Shown: positions 61,923-63,406 of the stretch, piece after piece | Layout: the number at the start of each line of letters is the position of its first letter | How positions within the stretch are numbered: the first letter of the stretch is position 1 | NCBI GenBank assembly: GCA_050251945.1 | Contig: JBFWLW010000014.1 | Span: 1 to 63,406 of the forward strand | From: Deferribacterales bacterium | GTDB taxonomy: Bacteria > Chrysiogenota > Deferribacteres > Deferribacterales > Geovibrionaceae | Length of the DNA: 63,406 bases | Direction: 5' to 3' | The notes under the pieces: model-generated | What the model was told of the DNA's origin: nothing | The model's database searches: none | Seen by the model: only the letters and a program-made list of their open reading frames with translations | Position numbers and translations under genes: made by a program

Positions 61923-63002
61923 ATGGCTGGAAATACATTCGGAAAGAATTTTACCATAACGACATTCGGCGAAAGCCACGGCAAAGCGGTAGGCGTTGTA
62001 ATTGACGGCTGCCCGCCTAGCGTTGAGCTTTCATTGGAATATGTCCAGAAAGAACTGGACAGACGCAGACCGGGACAGAGCGAGGTATCAACACCCCGCG
62101 ATGAATCCGATACTGTGGATATCTACAGCGGTATATTTGAAGGCAAGACAACCGGAACCCCTATAATGATGATGGTGTTCAACAAGAACCAGATGTCCAG
62201 AGACTATGACGCAGTCAAAAATCTGTTTCGCCCCGGACATGCTGATTTTACATATTTTTCTAAATACGGTATCCGCGACCACAGAGGGGGCGGGCGTTCA
62301 TCAGCCCGTGAGACTATCGGACGCGTTTGCGGCGGCGCAGTGGCAAAGGCTGTGCTGACACAACTTGGTATAGACATTAAGGGATATGTCATTCAGGTGG
62401 GTCCTCACAAGGCTGTTAAAAGAGATTTCGATTTTATAGAGAAGAATATCATCAGAACCTGTGACTCCGATGCGGTGCAGGCTATGACTGATTATATATT
62501 GGATGCGAAGAATGACGGCGATTCTGTCGGCGCTATTGTTGAGGTCACAATAAAAGGGGTGCCTGTCGGTGTGGGCGAGCCTGTATTCGACAGACTGAAC
62601 GCTAACCTCGCTAAGGCGATACTCTCCGTCCCTGCCGTTAAAGGGATAGAGTTCGGCAGCGGTTTTGCGGCGGCTCTCATGCGCGGCAGTGAACACAACG
62701 ACGAAGTGACCAGATACGGCTTCCTTTCAAATAATGCAGGCGGTACGCTAGGCGGTATGGCAAGCGGACAGGATATTGTGTTCCGTTTCGTTGTTAAGCC
62801 GGCAAGCTCCATAACTGTCCCCAAAAGAGGGATTGATCTATACGGGAACGAGAAGATAATTATAACCGAAGGTCGTCACGACCCATGTGTCGCTCCCCGT
62901 GTCGTACCAGTAGCAGAAGCCATGTCCGCAGTCACTGTTCTCGATATGATAATGTCAGACAGGGCGATAGCGAAGTTTTTAAATGGCGTCATAAACAATT
63001 AA
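61923..63002 (+). CDS. aroC: Chorismate synthase
   Basis: TFGESHG, RRRPGQ, RPGHAD, RSSARET, GRHDPC. Confidence 0.97.
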   Translation: MAGNTFGKNFTITTFGESHGKAVGVVIDGCPPSVELSLEYVQKELDRRRPGQSEVSTPRDESDTVDIYSGIFEGKTTGTPIMMMVFNKNQMSRDYDAVKNLFRPGHADFTYFSKYGIRDHRGGGRSSARETIGRVCGGAVAKAVLTQLGIDIKGYVIQVGPHKAVKRDFDFIEKNIIRTCDSDAVQAMTDYILDAKNDGDSVGAIVEVTIKGVPVGVGEPVFDRLNANLAKAILSVPAVKGIEFGSGFAAALMRGSEHNDEVTRYGFLSNNAGGTLGGMASGQDIVFRFVVKPASSITVPKRGIDLYGNEKIIITEGRHDPCVAPRVVPVAEAMSAVTVLDMIMSDRAIAKFLNGVINN

Positions 63003-63026
63003 ATTAAAAAAAATTGAAATAAGTGG

Positions 63027-63318
63027 TTGACTTCATAAGTCAGATTAGATATAACACATCTCCGCTTGAGACACACCTTGAATGGTGAAAAAGTTCAGAC
63101 GGAAAAAGTTGATAGAAAAAGAAAAAAGTAGTTGACAAGGCGGGTTGAATCAAGTAAGCTCACCCTCCTGCAAGAAGCCGTAAGGCGGAAGACAGGCAAC
63201 GAAGAAGATGTTAGAAAATGCGGCATCGCAAGATGCCGATTGCTTTTTAAAAGGTCTGAAAAAGATTTTTAAAAAAGCTAAAAAAGAGATTGACAAAGGT
63301 GAGTAAGTTTGATAGATT
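63027..63318 (+). promoter_or_regulatory. Three tandem sigma70 promoters with A-tract UP elements, probable rRNA operon leader
   Basis: TTGACT-17-TATAAC (63027-63055), TTGACA-17-TAAGCT (63132-63160), TTGACA-17-TAGATT (63290-63318); C-rich discriminators; no ORF in the region. Confidence 0.75.
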
Positions 63319-63406
63319 CACCAGCCGCTTGAAAGAGCGGGAAGCTCGAAAGACCAATGCTGACAAGGTGCAGGACGCACCTCGCGGAGACCGAACGAAA
63401 TGCTTT

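Overview
Bacterial chromosomal window, mostly housekeeping genes. The gene content of a Gram-negative anaerobe (LptD, ADP-heptose genes, futalosine pathway MqnE, flavodiiron protein/rubredoxin) suggests Deferribacterota, but this is inference only. Core genes: purSQLF, ppiD, ffs/tRNA-Ser, lptD-folC-accD, rsmA-pdxA, hldE-hldD, miaB, moeA, two tandem nhaB, mqnE, galU, hsp20-lon, copA, crcB, aroC, and three tandem sigma70 promoters at the right edge typical of an rRNA operon leader. The left ~11 kb looks accessory: pecS/pecM, a yejM-like sulfatase, a P-type ATPase, and a siderophore-uptake islet bounded by a 17-bp duplication of the tRNA-Arg(CCT) 3' end. Highlights not explained by the ORF track: (1) a 116-codon ORF after purF interrupted by a single in-frame TGA followed by a SECIS-like hairpin, a candidate thioredoxin-fold selenoprotein; (2) four copies of a ~140-160 bp non-autonomous element with shared 15-bp terminal inverted repeats, each flanked by a duplication of a whole terminator hairpin and carrying one of two unrelated REP-like doublets; (3) the integrase-less tRNA-Arg islet with a near-perfect Fur box. 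No CRISPR array, rRNA gene, integrase or intact transposase is visible.
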